64,000 bases of DNA from an uncultured Candidatus Rokubacteria bacterium (GCA_963754315.1 CAVWFS010000013.1:192765-256764); one strand, 5' to 3'; numbered from the stretch's first letter, positions 12,794 through 24,370 are shown. Notes: generated by a model from the sequence alone, not told the origin. Numbers and translations are program-made.

Positions 12794-13633
12794 ATGAACT
12801 CAATCACGACGAAAGACGGCACGCAGATCTACTACAAGGACTGGGGCCAGGGACAGCCCGTGGTGTTCAGTCATGGTTGGCCGCTATCCGCGGACGCTTT
12901 TGAGGATCAGATGTTCTTTTTGGCTTCCCGCGGTTACCGGTGTATCGCCCATGACCGCCGCGGTCACGGACGCTCGAGCCAGCCGTGGAACGGCAACGAC
13001 ATGGACACCTACGCCGATGATCTGGCGGCGCTTGCGGAAGCGCTTGACCTGAAGAGCGCGATCCACGTCGGCCACTCCACTGGCGGTGGGGAGGTTGCCC
13101 GCTACATCGGTCGTCACGGCACCACGCGCGTGGCCAAAGCCGTCTTGATCGGCGCGGTGCCGCCCCTGATGCTGAAAACGCCGGCCAATCCGGATGGCAC
13201 GCCGATCGAGGCCTTCGACCAGATCCGCGCCAGCGTTCTCGCTGACCGCTCCCAGTTCTTCAAGGACCTCACGATCCCGTTCTACGGCTTCAACCGGCCG
13301 GGGGCGAAGGTCTCGCAAGGCCTGCGCGATTCGTTCTGGCTTCAGGGCATGATGGCCGGTTTTCCGGCCGCCTACTTCTGCATCAAAGCCTTCTCGGAGA
13401 CCAACCTCACCGAGGATCTCAAGAAATTCGACGTCCCGACGCTCATCCTTCATGGCGATGACGACCAGATCGTCCCTATCGGCGCCTCCGCTCTGCTGTC
13501 GGCCAAGCTCGTCAAGCACGCGCAACTCAAGGTCTACAAGGGCGGTTCTCACGGCATGTGTTCGATCCAGAAGGACGAAGTCAGCGCTGACCTGCTCTCG
13601 TTCATCAAGGAAGACAGGCGCGCGGTGGGGTAA
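12794..13633 (+). CDS. cpo: Non-heme chloroperoxidase-type alpha/beta hydrolase
   Basis: [38 protein letters not shown]. Confidence 0.9.
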   Translation: MNSITTKDGTQIYYKDWGQGQPVVFSHGWPLSADAFEDQMFFLASRGYRCIAHDRRGHGRSSQPWNGNDMDTYADDLAALAEALDLKSAIHVGHSTGGGEVARYIGRHGTTRVAKAVLIGAVPPLMLKTPANPDGTPIEAFDQIRASVLADRSQFFKDLTIPFYGFNRPGAKVSQGLRDSFWLQGMMAGFPAAYFCIKAFSETNLTEDLKKFDVPTLILHGDDDQIVPIGASALLSAKLVKHAQLKVYKGGSHGMCSIQKDEVSADLLSFIKEDRRAVG

Positions 13634-13753
13634 CCAAGGAGCGCCTTATCGCGGGCGAAGGAGGTTCATCTACTCCGGGCGGTGGTGGCCCTCGCCGTCG
13701 AGACGTATCATCGCCGTGTGCGCCGTCCGCAGAAGGCGCGGCGGCCTGCAGAT

Positions 13754-14212
13754 ATGGCGTGCACAGCGGATTTCGAGAAGCCCCGAGCGCTCGAGCGGCT
13801 GTTCAACCAGGCGTTCGGCGTCCTTGTCGGCATGGGGGTCGCTCCGCCCGACTATCAATTGCTCCAGGTGCGCGGGCGGAAGACCGGTCGGACATTTTCG
13901 ACCCCAGTGAACGTGGTTCGCGTGGCAGGCGGGCGGTTCCTCGTAGCGCCCCGTGGAGTCACGCAATGGGTGCGCAATGCTGACGTGGCCGGAGAGCTCC
14001 TGCTGAAGCGGGGGCGACGCCGCCAGCGGTTCCGGACCCGCGCAGTGCCAAACACCGAGAAGCCGGAGATCCTCCGCGCTTATCTCGACCGGTTTCGGAC
14101 GACTGCTCAGCGATACTTTCCCGTACGGGCGGGATCACCCGCAACCGAGTTTGCTCCGATCGCCGGGCGTTATCCGGTGTTTGAGTTGCTCGACGCGGGA
14201 CACGTGTGTTAG
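13754..14212 (+). CDS. Deazaflavin (F420)-dependent nitroreductase family protein (Ddn-like)
   Basis: LQVRGRKTG...TPV, WVRN, YPVFEL. Confidence 0.8.
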   Translation: MACTADFEKPRALERLFNQAFGVLVGMGVAPPDYQLLQVRGRKTGRTFSTPVNVVRVAGGRFLVAPRGVTQWVRNADVAGELLLKRGRRRQRFRTRAVPNTEKPEILRAYLDRFRTTAQRYFPVRAGSPATEFAPIAGRYPVFELLDAGHVC

Positions 14213-14271
14213 CCGGAGCAGGTCATGCTCGCGTCCAAGAGATGCCTTGATCGGGTCCGGCCAGCGTCGCA

Positions 14272-14709
14272 CTAGGAAGACCCGGCCAGCGCGGCACGAA
14301 TCAGTACGAGGAGGCCCACGGTTCCGAGGGCGCTTCGGATCCCATGCAGCCGTGCCCAGCGTGTCAGAAGGGTCCGAGTGTCGCCGGCGCCGCCTTGATG
14401 ACCCAGCAGACGGTTGTTCGTCGGCAGGATCACGATGAGTGTGAACGGCACGGCAAGCCCGATGAGCAGGCCACCGATTGCCCAGCTCCACGGGGCGCCG
14501 GTGATCGAAGCAAGCGCTCCCGATAGCGCGCAAATCATCGCCGTAGCGGCCTGCCACGGCGCAGCCCGGCGATAGCTGAACCGAAACTGATCGACGGCCG
14601 CTCCCGGTTGGAGCCGCATGCGTGCGGGCTGCTCGACGAGCGAGACATAGAGCGCACCGCCGGTGAACAGCGCGCCGCTCAGCATGGCAAGCATCTCGAG
14701 GATCGTCAT
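14272..14709 (-). CDS. DUF1772/anthrone oxygenase-like membrane protein
   Basis: Four TM helices, VEQPAR, PFT...PTNNRLL, RWARLHGIR. Confidence 0.8.
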   Translation of the reverse strand: MTILEMLAMLSGALFTGGALYVSLVEQPARMRLQPGAAVDQFRFSYRRAAPWQAATAMICALSGALASITGAPWSWAIGGLLIGLAVPFTLIVILPTNNRLLGHQGGAGDTRTLLTRWARLHGIRSALGTVGLLVLIRAALAGSS

Positions 14710-14740
14710 ATGCCGCGCTTCTCAAGACGCGACGCTGCTG

Positions 14741-15352
14741 CTACTTCTTGGTATAGGTGATCTCCATCATCTTCATCTCTTTGCCGTCCTTGCCCGGCCC
14801 GTACATCTCGAAGATCTCGGTCGTCGGGCTCGTCCAGCGGCTGGTCATGCGCGCTTTCACTGGGCCCTTCTTGATGGCATCGTTCCAGCTCCCGGTGAAC
14901 ATACAGGTCTTCTTCTCGGAGTCGCACATGCCCTCGCTCACCATGATGCCGGTGGACATGCTGTCGTTCCAGGTGGACCAGTACTTACCGGACACGTTGT
15001 CGAAGCCCGTCATTCCGTGACCCGTGAAGGGATGGCCCATCATCGAGCTCTTGACTTCCTCGACCAGCACACGGCCGCCGAGCGCCATGGAGCGCGTCGC
15101 GGTGCCGGTGTCTTCCATCGCCGGAGCACCGGGCCCGTGCCAGCTCTTGATCTTGAGGTCGTAGGTGCCGGCCGACGAAGCCAACGCTTGGTGAGGCGCG
15201 CCCGGTGTACCGGCTTTCATGTACGCTTCCATTTCGGCCTTCTGAGCGGGGGTCATCTCCGGCTGTTTTTGCCCCTGTTGCGCCGCGGCGAGCGTGGCGA
15301 GCGCGACGACCGCCGTGGCTGCCAGCAAAGGTCGGGCAAGGCTGCGCTTCAT
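14741..15352 (-). CDS. Exported DUF1579-like protein
   Basis: Signal peptide; PGAPHQAL, GFDNVSGKYWSTWNDSMSTG, MMEITY. Confidence 0.8.
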   Translation of the reverse strand: MKRSLARPLLAATAVVALATLAAAQQGQKQPEMTPAQKAEMEAYMKAGTPGAPHQALASSAGTYDLKIKSWHGPGAPAMEDTGTATRSMALGGRVLVEEVKSSMMGHPFTGHGMTGFDNVSGKYWSTWNDSMSTGIMVSEGMCDSEKKTCMFTGSWNDAIKKGPVKARMTSRWTSPTTEIFEMYGPGKDGKEMKMMEITYTKK

Positions 15353-15431
15353 AGTCCCTCCTTCTGCGATGATGGTGCCGCCTGTCACCCTCTAGTCGTT
15401 TGAGAAGATTGGCAATCGACACGCAGGTGAA

Positions 15432-16076
15432 TCACCCGTCAAGCACCTCGCGCTCGTCTCCCCTCGCCGGGTCGTTGGCAGGGAGCGTATCTGAAACCCA
15501 GTCTCCCTTCTTCCACGTAGGCACCGGGGTCTGGCAGTCCGTCTTCGGCACGAAGCGCGAATGCTGTACCAGCTTCATCTGGTGGATGTAGCGCGGACAG
15601 TTCGGGAACACCTCGCGCGCCCGCACGCGGACGATGAACTGCGCCTCCGGGTACTCCGCCATCAGCGGGTCATTGCGGTCGATGGTTGCCTCGCCGTTGA
15701 GCCGCATCCGGTGCCGCCGATCGAAATCAATGAACAGCAGCCCCACCTGCCCGGTGTCCGCCACGTTGCCCATGCTCAGATACATGCCATTTCCGTCGTA
15801 GTTCGGGAAGGCGATGGTATGTTCGTCGACGACGCGCACGAACCCTGGCTCGCCGCCTTTGTACGAGCAATTGGCGTGACCATCCGCATCGACCGTGGCG
15901 ATGAAGAACATGTCCATGCGCTCGATGAACTCCCGGTCGGACGGCGCGATGAAATCGCGCACGATGGCCTCGTTGAGACGGTCGGCCATGCGGCGTGTGT
16001 CGAACAGGTCCTGCAGCTTGCGGTTGCCTTCGTGGTAGATGCTGACCATCGCGCGCTCGTGGTCGGGGGCGCTCAA
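15432..16076 (-). CDS. Pyridoxamine 5'-phosphate oxidase family protein
   Basis: SYKGGEPGFV, FPNYDGNG, VGLLFIDF, NCPRYI. Confidence 0.85.
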   Translation of the reverse strand: MSAPDHERAMVSIYHEGNRKLQDLFDTRRMADRLNEAIVRDFIAPSDREFIERMDMFFIATVDADGHANCSYKGGEPGFVRVVDEHTIAFPNYDGNGMYLSMGNVADTGQVGLLFIDFDRRHRMRLNGEATIDRNDPLMAEYPEAQFIVRVRAREVFPNCPRYIHQMKLVQHSRFVPKTDCQTPVPTWKKGDWVSDTLPANDPARGDEREVLDG

Positions 16077-16078
16077 GC

Positions 16079-17023
16079 TCAGACCCTCCCGAAGCCGTAC
16101 AGAGTCTCCGGATTTTCCACCAGGATCCGGTGCCGCACCTTCTCGTCGGGCGCCCAGTCGAGGAGCAGGTCGAAGAGCACCGCGTCGTCCGGCAGCTTGT
16201 CCTTCTCGGTCGGGTGCGGCCAGTCGCTGCCCCAGACAAGCCGCTCAGGCGCCGCCTTGACATAGGCGCGCGCGACGGCGCTCGCGTCGGCATACGTCGG
16301 CGGCCCGACCTTGCCGGCGTAGGCGCCCGACAGCTTGACCCAGGCGCGGCGCTTGTCGAGCAGCGCCTGGACCTTGGCGAAGAGCGGGTGGCTCGGCTCC
16401 GGGACACGGGCCAGATGGTCGAAGACGATTGGCGACGGTACCCGCTCGAGGATCGCCATGATCTCCATGGTCCGGGCGGGCGGCGCGTTGATCTGGATGT
16501 GCCAGCCGAGGTCGTTCACCCGCTTCGACAGTGGCTCGATCATCTCGGGCGTCGTGGCCCCCGCCTGGGCCAGGTTGAAGCGGATGCCGCGAGCCCCGAG
16601 CCCATGCAGGCGCTTGAGCTCCGCGTCGGACACGCTGTCGTTGACGACCACAACCGCCCGGGCGGTCTGCCCGAAGGCCGATACTGCGTCGAGCGTGCAG
16701 CGGTTGTCGATGCCGTAGGTCGAGGGCTGCACGACGACGTTCCGGCTCGTCCCGATGCGCTTCTGCAAGGCGCGATAGTCCTCGACGAAGGCGTCGCCGG
16801 GGCGCAAGGTGGACGTCGGGTCGACAGGGTAGCGCGCGTCGTAAATGTGGTGGTGACAGTCCGCCGCGTTGGCCGGCGCCTTCAGCTTCGGCGCCTCGGT
16901 GCCTGCGGACCACTTGACCGGCTGGGCCGCCGCGGCCCTCGGGTGACCGGCCAGCACACCGGCCGCCACCGCGCCCGACATCGTCTTCAGCAGCTCGCGC
17001 CGCCGCCAGTGCGTGGGTTCCAT
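16079..17023 (-). CDS. Tat-exported amidohydrolase_2 (LigI-like lactonase family)
   Basis: RRRELL Tat motif; DCHHHI, VQPSTYG, VFDHL, WVKLSG, WGSDWPH; RBS GAGGAGG. Confidence 0.85.
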   Translation of the reverse strand: MEPTHWRRRELLKTMSGAVAAGVLAGHPRAAAAQPVKWSAGTEAPKLKAPANAADCHHHIYDARYPVDPTSTLRPGDAFVEDYRALQKRIGTSRNVVVQPSTYGIDNRCTLDAVSAFGQTARAVVVVNDSVSDAELKRLHGLGARGIRFNLAQAGATTPEMIEPLSKRVNDLGWHIQINAPPARTMEIMAILERVPSPIVFDHLARVPEPSHPLFAKVQALLDKRRAWVKLSGAYAGKVGPPTYADASAVARAYVKAAPERLVWGSDWPHPTEKDKLPDDAVLFDLLLDWAPDEKVRHRILVENPETLYGFGRV

Positions 17024-17209
17024 CGCGTCCTCCTCGTGGCCAGGGCTCCCCGGCATCGGCCCGGTATCCTGCAAGCATGGCGCTCTCGGGGACCGGGGGC
17101 AAGAAGTTCGACGGCACGCGCGTACCACTCGATCCTGCTCCACTCGCTCCGTGTGTCGTTGACCGGCTCGGCCGAACATGCTCTTATGAGGACTGACCGG
17201 AGGGGACAA

Positions 17210-19377
17210 ATGCCGCGTAGTCCCTCTTCCGTTGTCGCTCCGCGTCAACACTCGCCGTCGAGTGTGCCCTCCTGCGCACGTTGGCTCCTCGCCCTCGCTC
17301 TCTCAATAGCCGTATCGCCGCCCGTCGCGGCGCAGACGCCGCTCGTCGTCTCCGGATGGGTGGAGACGCTGGACGGCCAGAAGGTGAAAAGCGTGAATGT
17401 GCGAGTGCGGACCGTGGGCGGGGCTGTCACCACGACCACCGGGGAGTTCAGGATTCCGCTGAGCAAGGAGCACGGGCCCGGAGACGAGATCGCGCTGGAC
17501 GTGGAGGGATGGGTCATCGTCAGTCCCTACGACGGACGGACGTTCGTGCCGCGGCAACGAGGGGTTGCAGGAGTCGTTGTCGTCGTGGCGAAGAAGGGGG
17601 ACGCCGCTTTCCTGAGGAACAAAGAGTTCCTGACGAGATTGGTCCAGGACGTGACGACCCGGCCGGGGCCGTCGTCGCCCGGCATCCGGCCTCGCCCGAT
17701 GCGTTTCTGGCGGAGCGAGCGTCCGAGCTGGGCCTGAGCGTGGAGCAATTGAAGCGCGCGATCGAGGGGTGGGCGCACGGTGTTCAGGGGCCATACCAGC
17801 GGGGGCTGGCGGCCCTGTACCGGCAGCAGTACGAGGAGGCGAGTCGGGAGCTACAGCGGTCGGTGACGCAGCAGGAAGGGGAACTGGCTGACAAGTACGC
17901 GGCGCTGGGGCTGGCCGAGCATGGGCGCGGCCGCTATTCGGCTGGCGGTTGAGACCTTGGAGAAGGCGCAGAGACTGCGGCCTGAATCTCCGATCATTCT
18001 GCACAATCTGGCCCGTGCCCTGAAGGATGCTGGTCGCTACCGTGAAGCGGAGCCACTGTATCGGCGATCGTTCACGATCGTAGAAAAGGAGCTGGGGCCG
18101 GAGCATCCCGACGTCGCGATTCCGTTGAATAGCCTCGCGGCCCTCTACCAGGCGCAAGGGCGATACGGGGAGGCGGAGCCGCTGTACCGGCGCGCCCAGG
18201 CGATCCGCGAGAAGGCGCTGGGGCCGGAGCATCCCGCCGTGGCGACGGGGCTGAATGACCTCGCGGGGCTTTACGAGGACCAAGGGCGATACAGGGAGGC
18301 GGAACCGCTGTACCGGCGAGCGCTGGCAATCAACGAGAAGGCGCTGGGGCCGGAGCATCCCGAAGTGGCGACAAACCTGAACAACCTCGGGCTGGTCTAC
18401 TATGCGCAAGCGCGGTACGCGGAGGCGGAACCGCTATACCGGCGGGCCCTGGCGATCACCGAGAAAGCGCTGGGCCCGGAGCACCCCGACGTCGCCGACG
18501 AGCCTGAACAACCTCGCCGCTGCTCTACAATGCGCAAAGGCGAGTACGCGGAGGCGGAGCCGCTGTACCGACGGGCCCTGGCGATCAACGAGAAGCAGCT
18601 GGGGCCGGAGCATCCCGAAGTGGCGAGAAACCTGGATAACCTCGGGGCGCTCTACCATGCGCAGAGGCGATACGCGGAGGCGGAGCCGCTGTACCGGCGG
18701 GCGCTGGCGATCAGCGAGAAGGCGCTGGGGCCGGAGCATCCCACCGTCGCGATTCGGTTGAACAATCTCGCGAGCCTCTGCTCAGCGCAAAGGCGGTACG
18801 CGGAGGCGGAGCCGCTGTACCGGCGGGCCCTGGCGATCAGCGAGAAGGCGCTGGGGCCAGAGCATCCCAACGTCGCGACGGGGCTGAACAACCTGGCAGT
18901 GCTCTACCACGATCAAGGGCGGTACGCGGAGGCGGAACCGCTGTACCGGCGGGCCCTGGCGATCGAGCGAGAAGGCGCTGGGGCCGGAACATCCCGAGCG
19001 TCGCGACTCGGTTGAATAGCCTCGCGATGCTCTACAAGGCGCAAGGGCGATACGGGGAGGCGGAACCGCTCTACCAGCGGGCGCTGGCGCTCAGCGAGAA
19101 GGCGCTGGGGCCGGAACACCGGAGTGTCGCGATTCGGCTGAGCAACCTCGCGCAGTTCTATCACGACCAAGGACGATACGGAGAGGCCGAGCCGCTGTAC
19201 CGGCGGGCGCTGGCGATCGACGAGAAGGCGTTGGGGCCAGGGCATCCCACCGTGGCGGCCGCTCTGGAGAATCTCAGCGTGACCCTCGATCGAATGGGCC
19301 GAGGCGATGAGGCCAGGGCCCTTGAGGCACGCGCCAAGGCGATCCGCAAGAATGGATCCACCCAGGCGCGTGAGTAG
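17210..19377 (+). CDS. Exported protein: Ig-like N-domain plus about 11 42-aa TPR repeats (frameshifted)
   Basis: Signal peptide ...VAAQTPLVVSG; repeats of the form LNNLAxLYxxQGRYAEAEPLYRRALAIxEKALGPEHPxVA; frame changes near 17690, 17945, 18500-18535 and 18968. Confidence 0.8.
17995..19340 (+). repeat. Tandem 126-bp coding repeats (about 10 full copies plus a capping repeat)
   Basis: GAGGCGGAGCCGCTGTACCGGCGGGCGCTGGCGATC...GAGAAGGCGCTGGGGCCGGAGCATCCC recurs about every 126 bp. Confidence 0.95.
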
Positions 19378-20223
19378 AGCGGACCAGACGCCGAGGGAAA
19401 GCGCGGGCGCGGCCGACACGGCGCCGGGTCTGTCCGCATCATCCTACGCAGTGCTGGCCCTCATCGCTGGCGTCCTGGGCATCGGACTCCTGATCTTCTA
19501 TGTGTACCGGGTTCCAGCCCTGACCCAGGCTGGCGTCAACGCCCAGGTGTTCTACGTGTTGCTGCTACCCTGGGGCATCGCGTGCGCGGCCTTCCTCTTC
19601 GGCGCGATGCGCAGCTACGCTCGCTTCCAGCATCGCGAGATGGATACCGTCCTCGAACTGGGCGGGCCGGTGGTCTCTTCGCCCTCGTGGTGGTGGGTGG
19701 GTTCAAGCTGGTGCCGCCGGCCGCGGAGACGTTCGACCTCACGGTGCGCCCGAGGAGCGCAGACGGCAGTGTTCCCCTCATCACGGTGGGGCAGATCACG
19801 ATTGATCTCGGCAATCGCCGGGACACCGTGGCGCTCGACGCGCGCGGGGAGGCGAACTTCAAGGGTGTTCCCGCACGTTTTCGCACCTCGCCCGTCAAGG
19901 TGCTGGCGCTCGTCGAGGGCTATGAAGAGACCTGGCAGGACGTGATGGTGAAGGAGAGCGTGATCGAGCTTCCCGTGAAGCACGCCAAGCCGCTGTCCCG
20001 GCTCACCGGGGCCATCGTGCCCGTTCCGCGCCAGGGAAACGAGATCAGGCTTTTTGTTGACGGCGGGCTGGGGGAAGGGCGTCCCGATCCGCTCGGTCGG
20101 TTTGATTTCCCCGTGCGGGCCCAGCAAGGCGAGCGAATCCGGTTGAAGGTGTACGTCGGCGGACAGCTTCGCTACGACGAGTATCAGACGTTGCCAGGGC
20201 CGGTCACGCTCCGGGTCGAGTAG
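19370..20223 (+). CDS. 3-TM membrane protein with C-terminal beta-rich (Ig-like) domains (frameshift near 19675)
   Basis: GTG start overlaps the TPR stop; the TM segments of ORF 19307-19945 continue into ORF 19582-20223. Confidence 0.7.
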
Positions 20224-20293
20224 ATTCGTGTATCCTGCGGCCAGGCGATCAGGCTCTCGGAGTATTCGACCCCATGACCGCCAAGGAGTGACG

Positions 20294-21295
20294 ATGAGGT
20301 CATTCGTCGCGCTCGCGTTCCTCCTGATGCTCGGGTTGCTCCCGCCGCGGGCGGCTGCCGCTCCGCTCACCATCATTGCTGATCCCTCGGATGCTGAACT
20401 CTTCAGCACGGGGGTTGGGGACGACGTGCTGGGCGACATGGGGGTCGGCGACACCGGAGGGGGCTCGCCAAACCTCGGTCGGCGGGCGGTCGTCAGGTTT
20501 GACGTGCGGGGACTGTCTGCCGCGAACGTGACGTCGGCCACGCTGCGGCTGACCATTCGCGAGAGTCGCCGCGACCAGTTCCCGGCTCCTGGCGTGATCG
20601 ACGGCGTGCCGCCCTTCACGAATCCCGGCCTGGGGGACACGCAGGTCATCCATATCAGGGACAGCGGAGCAGTAAATGCCGCGGACTATGGATCTCCATC
20701 TGTGGGCAACGACCCCGGGGTGCTGATTCCGGCGGCGATGAACCCCGTTGACAGCGTGACCGTCGCGGCTACGAAGGCGGTGCAGCAAGCGTTGGCCGAA
20801 GGCCGCTCCTTCGTGGTGTTCCGGATCCAGACCGCCGTCGAGACAGACGGCGATGGCCTCAACGACGTGTGGTTCTTTGCGTCGGGCAATCACCCTGTCT
20901 CCGCGCGCCGGCCGCGCCTGGACATCGAGACGTCCGACGCTCCCCTGTTACCGAGGATCACGCTCGACCTCAACGCCTCGAGCTTCTCGCCAGGAGACAC
21001 GCTGGTCGCGACCTTTCGCCTGGCGCCCGGCAAGGTTGGCGTGCCCGTCGACGCTTACGCCGTGATCGAGATTCCCGGCGGGGGCTTCGTCTCCATTCTC
21101 CCGGGCGGCGTTCTCGTGCCCGGTGTCGTGCCGATCGCCACCGGGTTCATGCCAGTGGTCCTCTCCGGGGAGCTCGTCCGCTACGTCATGACCGGCAACG
21201 AACCACCCGGAATCTACCGCTTCTTCGCCGGGTTGGCCGAGCCCGGTACTCTGACTCTCATTGGTAGCGCCGAGGAAGTGCTCTTCAGCCCCTAG
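20294..21295 (+). CDS. Exported protein with DNRLRE/CBM96-like beta-sandwich and C-terminal Ig-like domain
   Basis: RBS AAGGAG; signal peptide; RAVVRFDV...SATLRL...RPRLDI pattern. Confidence 0.6.
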   Translation: MRSFVALAFLLMLGLLPPRAAAAPLTIIADPSDAELFSTGVGDDVLGDMGVGDTGGGSPNLGRRAVVRFDVRGLSAANVTSATLRLTIRESRRDQFPAPGVIDGVPPFTNPGLGDTQVIHIRDSGAVNAADYGSPSVGNDPGVLIPAAMNPVDSVTVAATKAVQQALAEGRSFVVFRIQTAVETDGDGLNDVWFFASGNHPVSARRPRLDIETSDAPLLPRITLDLNASSFSPGDTLVATFRLAPGKVGVPVDAYAVIEIPGGGFVSILPGGVLVPGVVPIATGFMPVVLSGELVRYVMTGNEPPGIYRFFAGLAEPGTLTLIGSAEEVLFSP

Positions 21296-21439
21296 CTCGA
21301 CGGGATCTGGACCGCGACCTTCACGGCGCGCTCCAGATGCGGGACACCTCTGGGCCATCGCCGGGGTACGAGGTATGATGCGGGCGCGCCGGGCTGCTCG
21401 CACCCGGCCCTCGGAGAGAGCAATGCACGGGATCGATCC

Positions 21440-22225
21440 ATGAGCGGGGGCGCCGCCGCGAACCTCTCCGATTTCTCGCTCGCCGGCCGGACCGCCCTCG
21501 TGACCGGCGCCGGTCAGGGCATCGGCCGCGCCCTCGCAGCGGGCCTCGGGAATGCGGGTGCCCGCGTGATCGTCACCGACATCGACGGTGCCGCCGCGGC
21601 CCGCGTCGCCGAGGAAGTGGTCAAGCTCGGCGCTCGTGCGGTGCCCCGTGCCCTCGACGTGGCGCGGCCGGACGACATCGAGGCGGCGGTGGCGTGGAGC
21701 GAGCGCGAATTCGGTCCGGTGGACGTGCTGGTCAACAACGCGGGCGTTCGGGATGCGAGCATCGGGTCCTTCACGACGACGGTGGAGGACTGGGACCGCG
21801 TCTTCGCCATCAACGTTCGCGGCCCGTTCCTCCTTTGCCAGGCCGCTGCACGCCGGATGGCCGAGCGGGGCGGCGGAAGCATCGTGAGCATCGCCTCCCA
21901 GCTCGGGCTCGTCGGGATGGCGGGCCGGCCCGCCTACACGGCGAGCAAGGGCGCCCTCATCAACCTCACAAAGACCCTCGCGCTCGAATGGGCCAAGCAG
22001 GGCATCCGCGTGAACGCGGTGGCGCCGGGGCCGATCCGGACGCCCCACACCGAACCGGCGCGCCGCGACCCGGCGACGAACGCGCGGTACCAGGACGCGA
22101 CGCCGCTCGGCCCCTGGCCGGAGCCCGAAGAGGTCGTGGGGGCGGTGGTCTACCTCGCGTCGGCGGCGTCCCGCTTCGTGACGGGTCACGTGCTGGTAGT
22201 GGATGGCGGCTATACGGCTCACTGA
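21440..22225 (+). CDS. SDR oxidoreductase
   Basis: TGAGQGIG, NNAG, YTASK. Confidence 0.9.
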   Translation: MSGGAAANLSDFSLAGRTALVTGAGQGIGRALAAGLGNAGARVIVTDIDGAAAARVAEEVVKLGARAVPRALDVARPDDIEAAVAWSEREFGPVDVLVNNAGVRDASIGSFTTTVEDWDRVFAINVRGPFLLCQAAARRMAERGGGSIVSIASQLGLVGMAGRPAYTASKGALINLTKTLALEWAKQGIRVNAVAPGPIRTPHTEPARRDPATNARYQDATPLGPWPEPEEVVGAVVYLASAASRFVTGHVLVVDGGYTAH

Positions 22226-22239
22226 AAGGCCGTAAGCGC

Positions 22240-23410
22240 ATGTCGGCGGCGACCACGAGCGATTTCGATCTCGAGTTCCGCCACGTCACCAAGGATTTCG
22301 GCGAGGTCCGCGCCGTCGACGATGCCACCTTCCAGGTCCGACGCGGGGAGTTCCTCTCGCTGCTCGGGCCGAGCGGCTGCGGCAAGACGACGACCCTCCG
22401 GATGATCGCCGGCTTCGACCAACCGAGCGCCGGCGAGATCTACCTCGCCGGCCGGCCGGTCGGCAAGACGCCGCCGTACCGGCGAAACGTCAACACCGTC
22501 TTCCAGCACTACGCGCTCTTCCCCCACAAGAACGTCTTCGACAACATTGCCTTCGGCCTCCGCATGAAGCGGCTGCCGTCGCTGGAGATCGGGGACCGCG
22601 TGGAGCGCATGCTCGCGCTCGTCGAGCTGCCGGGCATCGCGCGACGCTTCCCGCACCAGCTATCCGGCGGCCAGCAGCAGCGGGTCGCGCTCGCGCGCGC
22701 CCTCGTCAACGAACCGACCGTGCTCCTCCTCGACGAGCCGCTGGGCGCCCTCGACCTGAAAGTCCGCCGCCGGATGCAGCAGGAGCTGAAGCGCATCCAC
22801 CGCGAGGTCGGTGTGACGTTCGTCTACGTCACGCATGACCAGGAGGAAGCGCTGACGATGTCGGACCGCATCGCCGTCATGAACCACGGTCGCATCGAGC
22901 AGCTCGAGACGCCGGCGGCGATCTACGAGTGCCCGGCGACGCGGTTCGTGGCGAGCTTCATCGGCCTGACCAACCTGCTGGGCGGCGTCGTCGAGGCACT
23001 GGAGGGCGCCGCCGTCGTCGTCCGCCTCGACGCTGGCGGTCGCGTGCGCGCAGTCGCACGGGAGGACGTGGCACCGGGGTCGGCGGTCGAGGTCGGGGTC
23101 CGGCCGGAGAAGATCGAGATGTCGCGCGAACCGCCGCGCGGTGCCGACAACTGCCTCGAAGGGCGGGTGGAGAGCTTCATCTACCAGGGTGTGACGACCG
23201 AGTACCAGGTCGCGCTGGCGTCCGGCCAGAAGGTGCGGGTGGTGGCGCAGAATGTCCAGGAGACGTGGCGCGCGGCGCTCGTCCCCGAGGGCAGCCGCGG
23301 TGTACGTGCACTGGACGAGTGGGGCGAGTCTCGTCCTGCGCGACGGCGCCGGCGCCGCCACGCTCGAGACGGGCGACGAGGACGAGCCCGTCGCCGCCAG
23401 CCGCGGGTAA
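22240..23410 (+). CDS. PotA-type ABC ATP-binding protein (frameshift near 23295)
   Basis: [23 protein letters not shown]; the TOBE tail continues [13 protein letters not shown] in another frame. Confidence 0.9.
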
Positions 23411-23425
23411 CGCGGCCATGACGAC

Positions 23426-24370
23426 ATGCGCGTGGCGATAGCGCGACGGGCTCCGGGGGACTGGCTCGCGGACGGCCGCACCGTCCGCCAGGACCTCCTC
23501 GCCGCCATGAACCACTGGTCCTGGGTCAAGATCGTCCTGTTCCTGCTGCCCGCCCTCCTTCTCCTCCTGATCTATCTCGTCATCCCGCTCGGCATGCTCG
23601 TCGTGATGTCGTTCTATCGCTCGACGATGTTCGGCGTGATTCCCGACTTCTCGTGGAACAACTACCTCCACTTCGTGCAGAATCCGATGTTCCCGAACCT
23701 GCTCGCGCGGTCGATCCGGATGGCCGTCACGGTGACCTGCATCAGCCTCCTGGTCAGCTATCCCTTCGCATACTTCCTGGCGCGCGCGACGCGGCGGTAC
23801 AAGACGGCGCTCCTGATCCTCGTGATGGTGCCGTTCTGGACGAGCTACCTGATCCGGACGATGAGCTGGCTTCCCATCCTCGGGATCAAGGGCATCGCGA
23901 ACCACACCCTCCTCTCGCTCGGGCTCGTGAAGGCTCCGGTGGAGGCCTTCCTCTTCAATGAGTTCTCCGTGATCCTGACCTTGATCCACATCTATCTGCC
24001 CTACATGGTGGTGCCGATCTATCTCTCCCTCGATCGGCTCGACGGCCGACTGCTGGAAGCGGCCGGGGACCTCGGGGCGAACCCCCTCCGGACCTTCTGG
24101 CACGTGACGTTGCCCCTGAGCCTGCCGGGGGTGGTGGGCGGTATCGTCATGGTCTTCATCGCCGCCTTCGGTGCCTATGTCACGCCGAGGCTCCTTGGCG
24201 GCTCCTCCGGGATCATGTTCGGCAACGTGCTGGCCGACCAGTACAGCGGCACCTTCAACTGGCCGTTCGGCGCCGTCCTCGCCCTCATCATGATCGGCGT
24301 GGTGCTGCTGCTCCTCGTGGTGGCCAGCCGCTTCACCCGGCTCGACGCCGTGTTCGGGGCGCGCGCGTGA
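23426..24370 (+). CDS. PotB-type ABC permease
   Basis: PFWTSYLIR; LLEAAGDLGA EAA loop. Confidence 0.9.
   Translation: MRVAIARRAPGDWLADGRTVRQDLLAAMNHWSWVKIVLFLLPALLLLLIYLVIPLGMLVVMSFYRSTMFGVIPDFSWNNYLHFVQNPMFPNLLARSIRMAVTVTCISLLVSYPFAYFLARATRRYKTALLILVMVPFWTSYLIRTMSWLPILGIKGIANHTLLSLGLVKAPVEAFLFNEFSVILTLIHIYLPYMVVPIYLSLDRLDGRLLEAAGDLGANPLRTFWHVTLPLSLPGVVGGIVMVFIAAFGAYVTPRLLGGSSGIMFGNVLADQYSGTFNWPFGAVLALIMIGVVLLLLVVASRFTRLDAVFGARA

Noticed and set aside
17995..19340. Regular repeats as a CRISPR array
   Set aside because: The unit is 126 bp, in frame and encodes TPR motifs; there are no unique spacers or cas genes.
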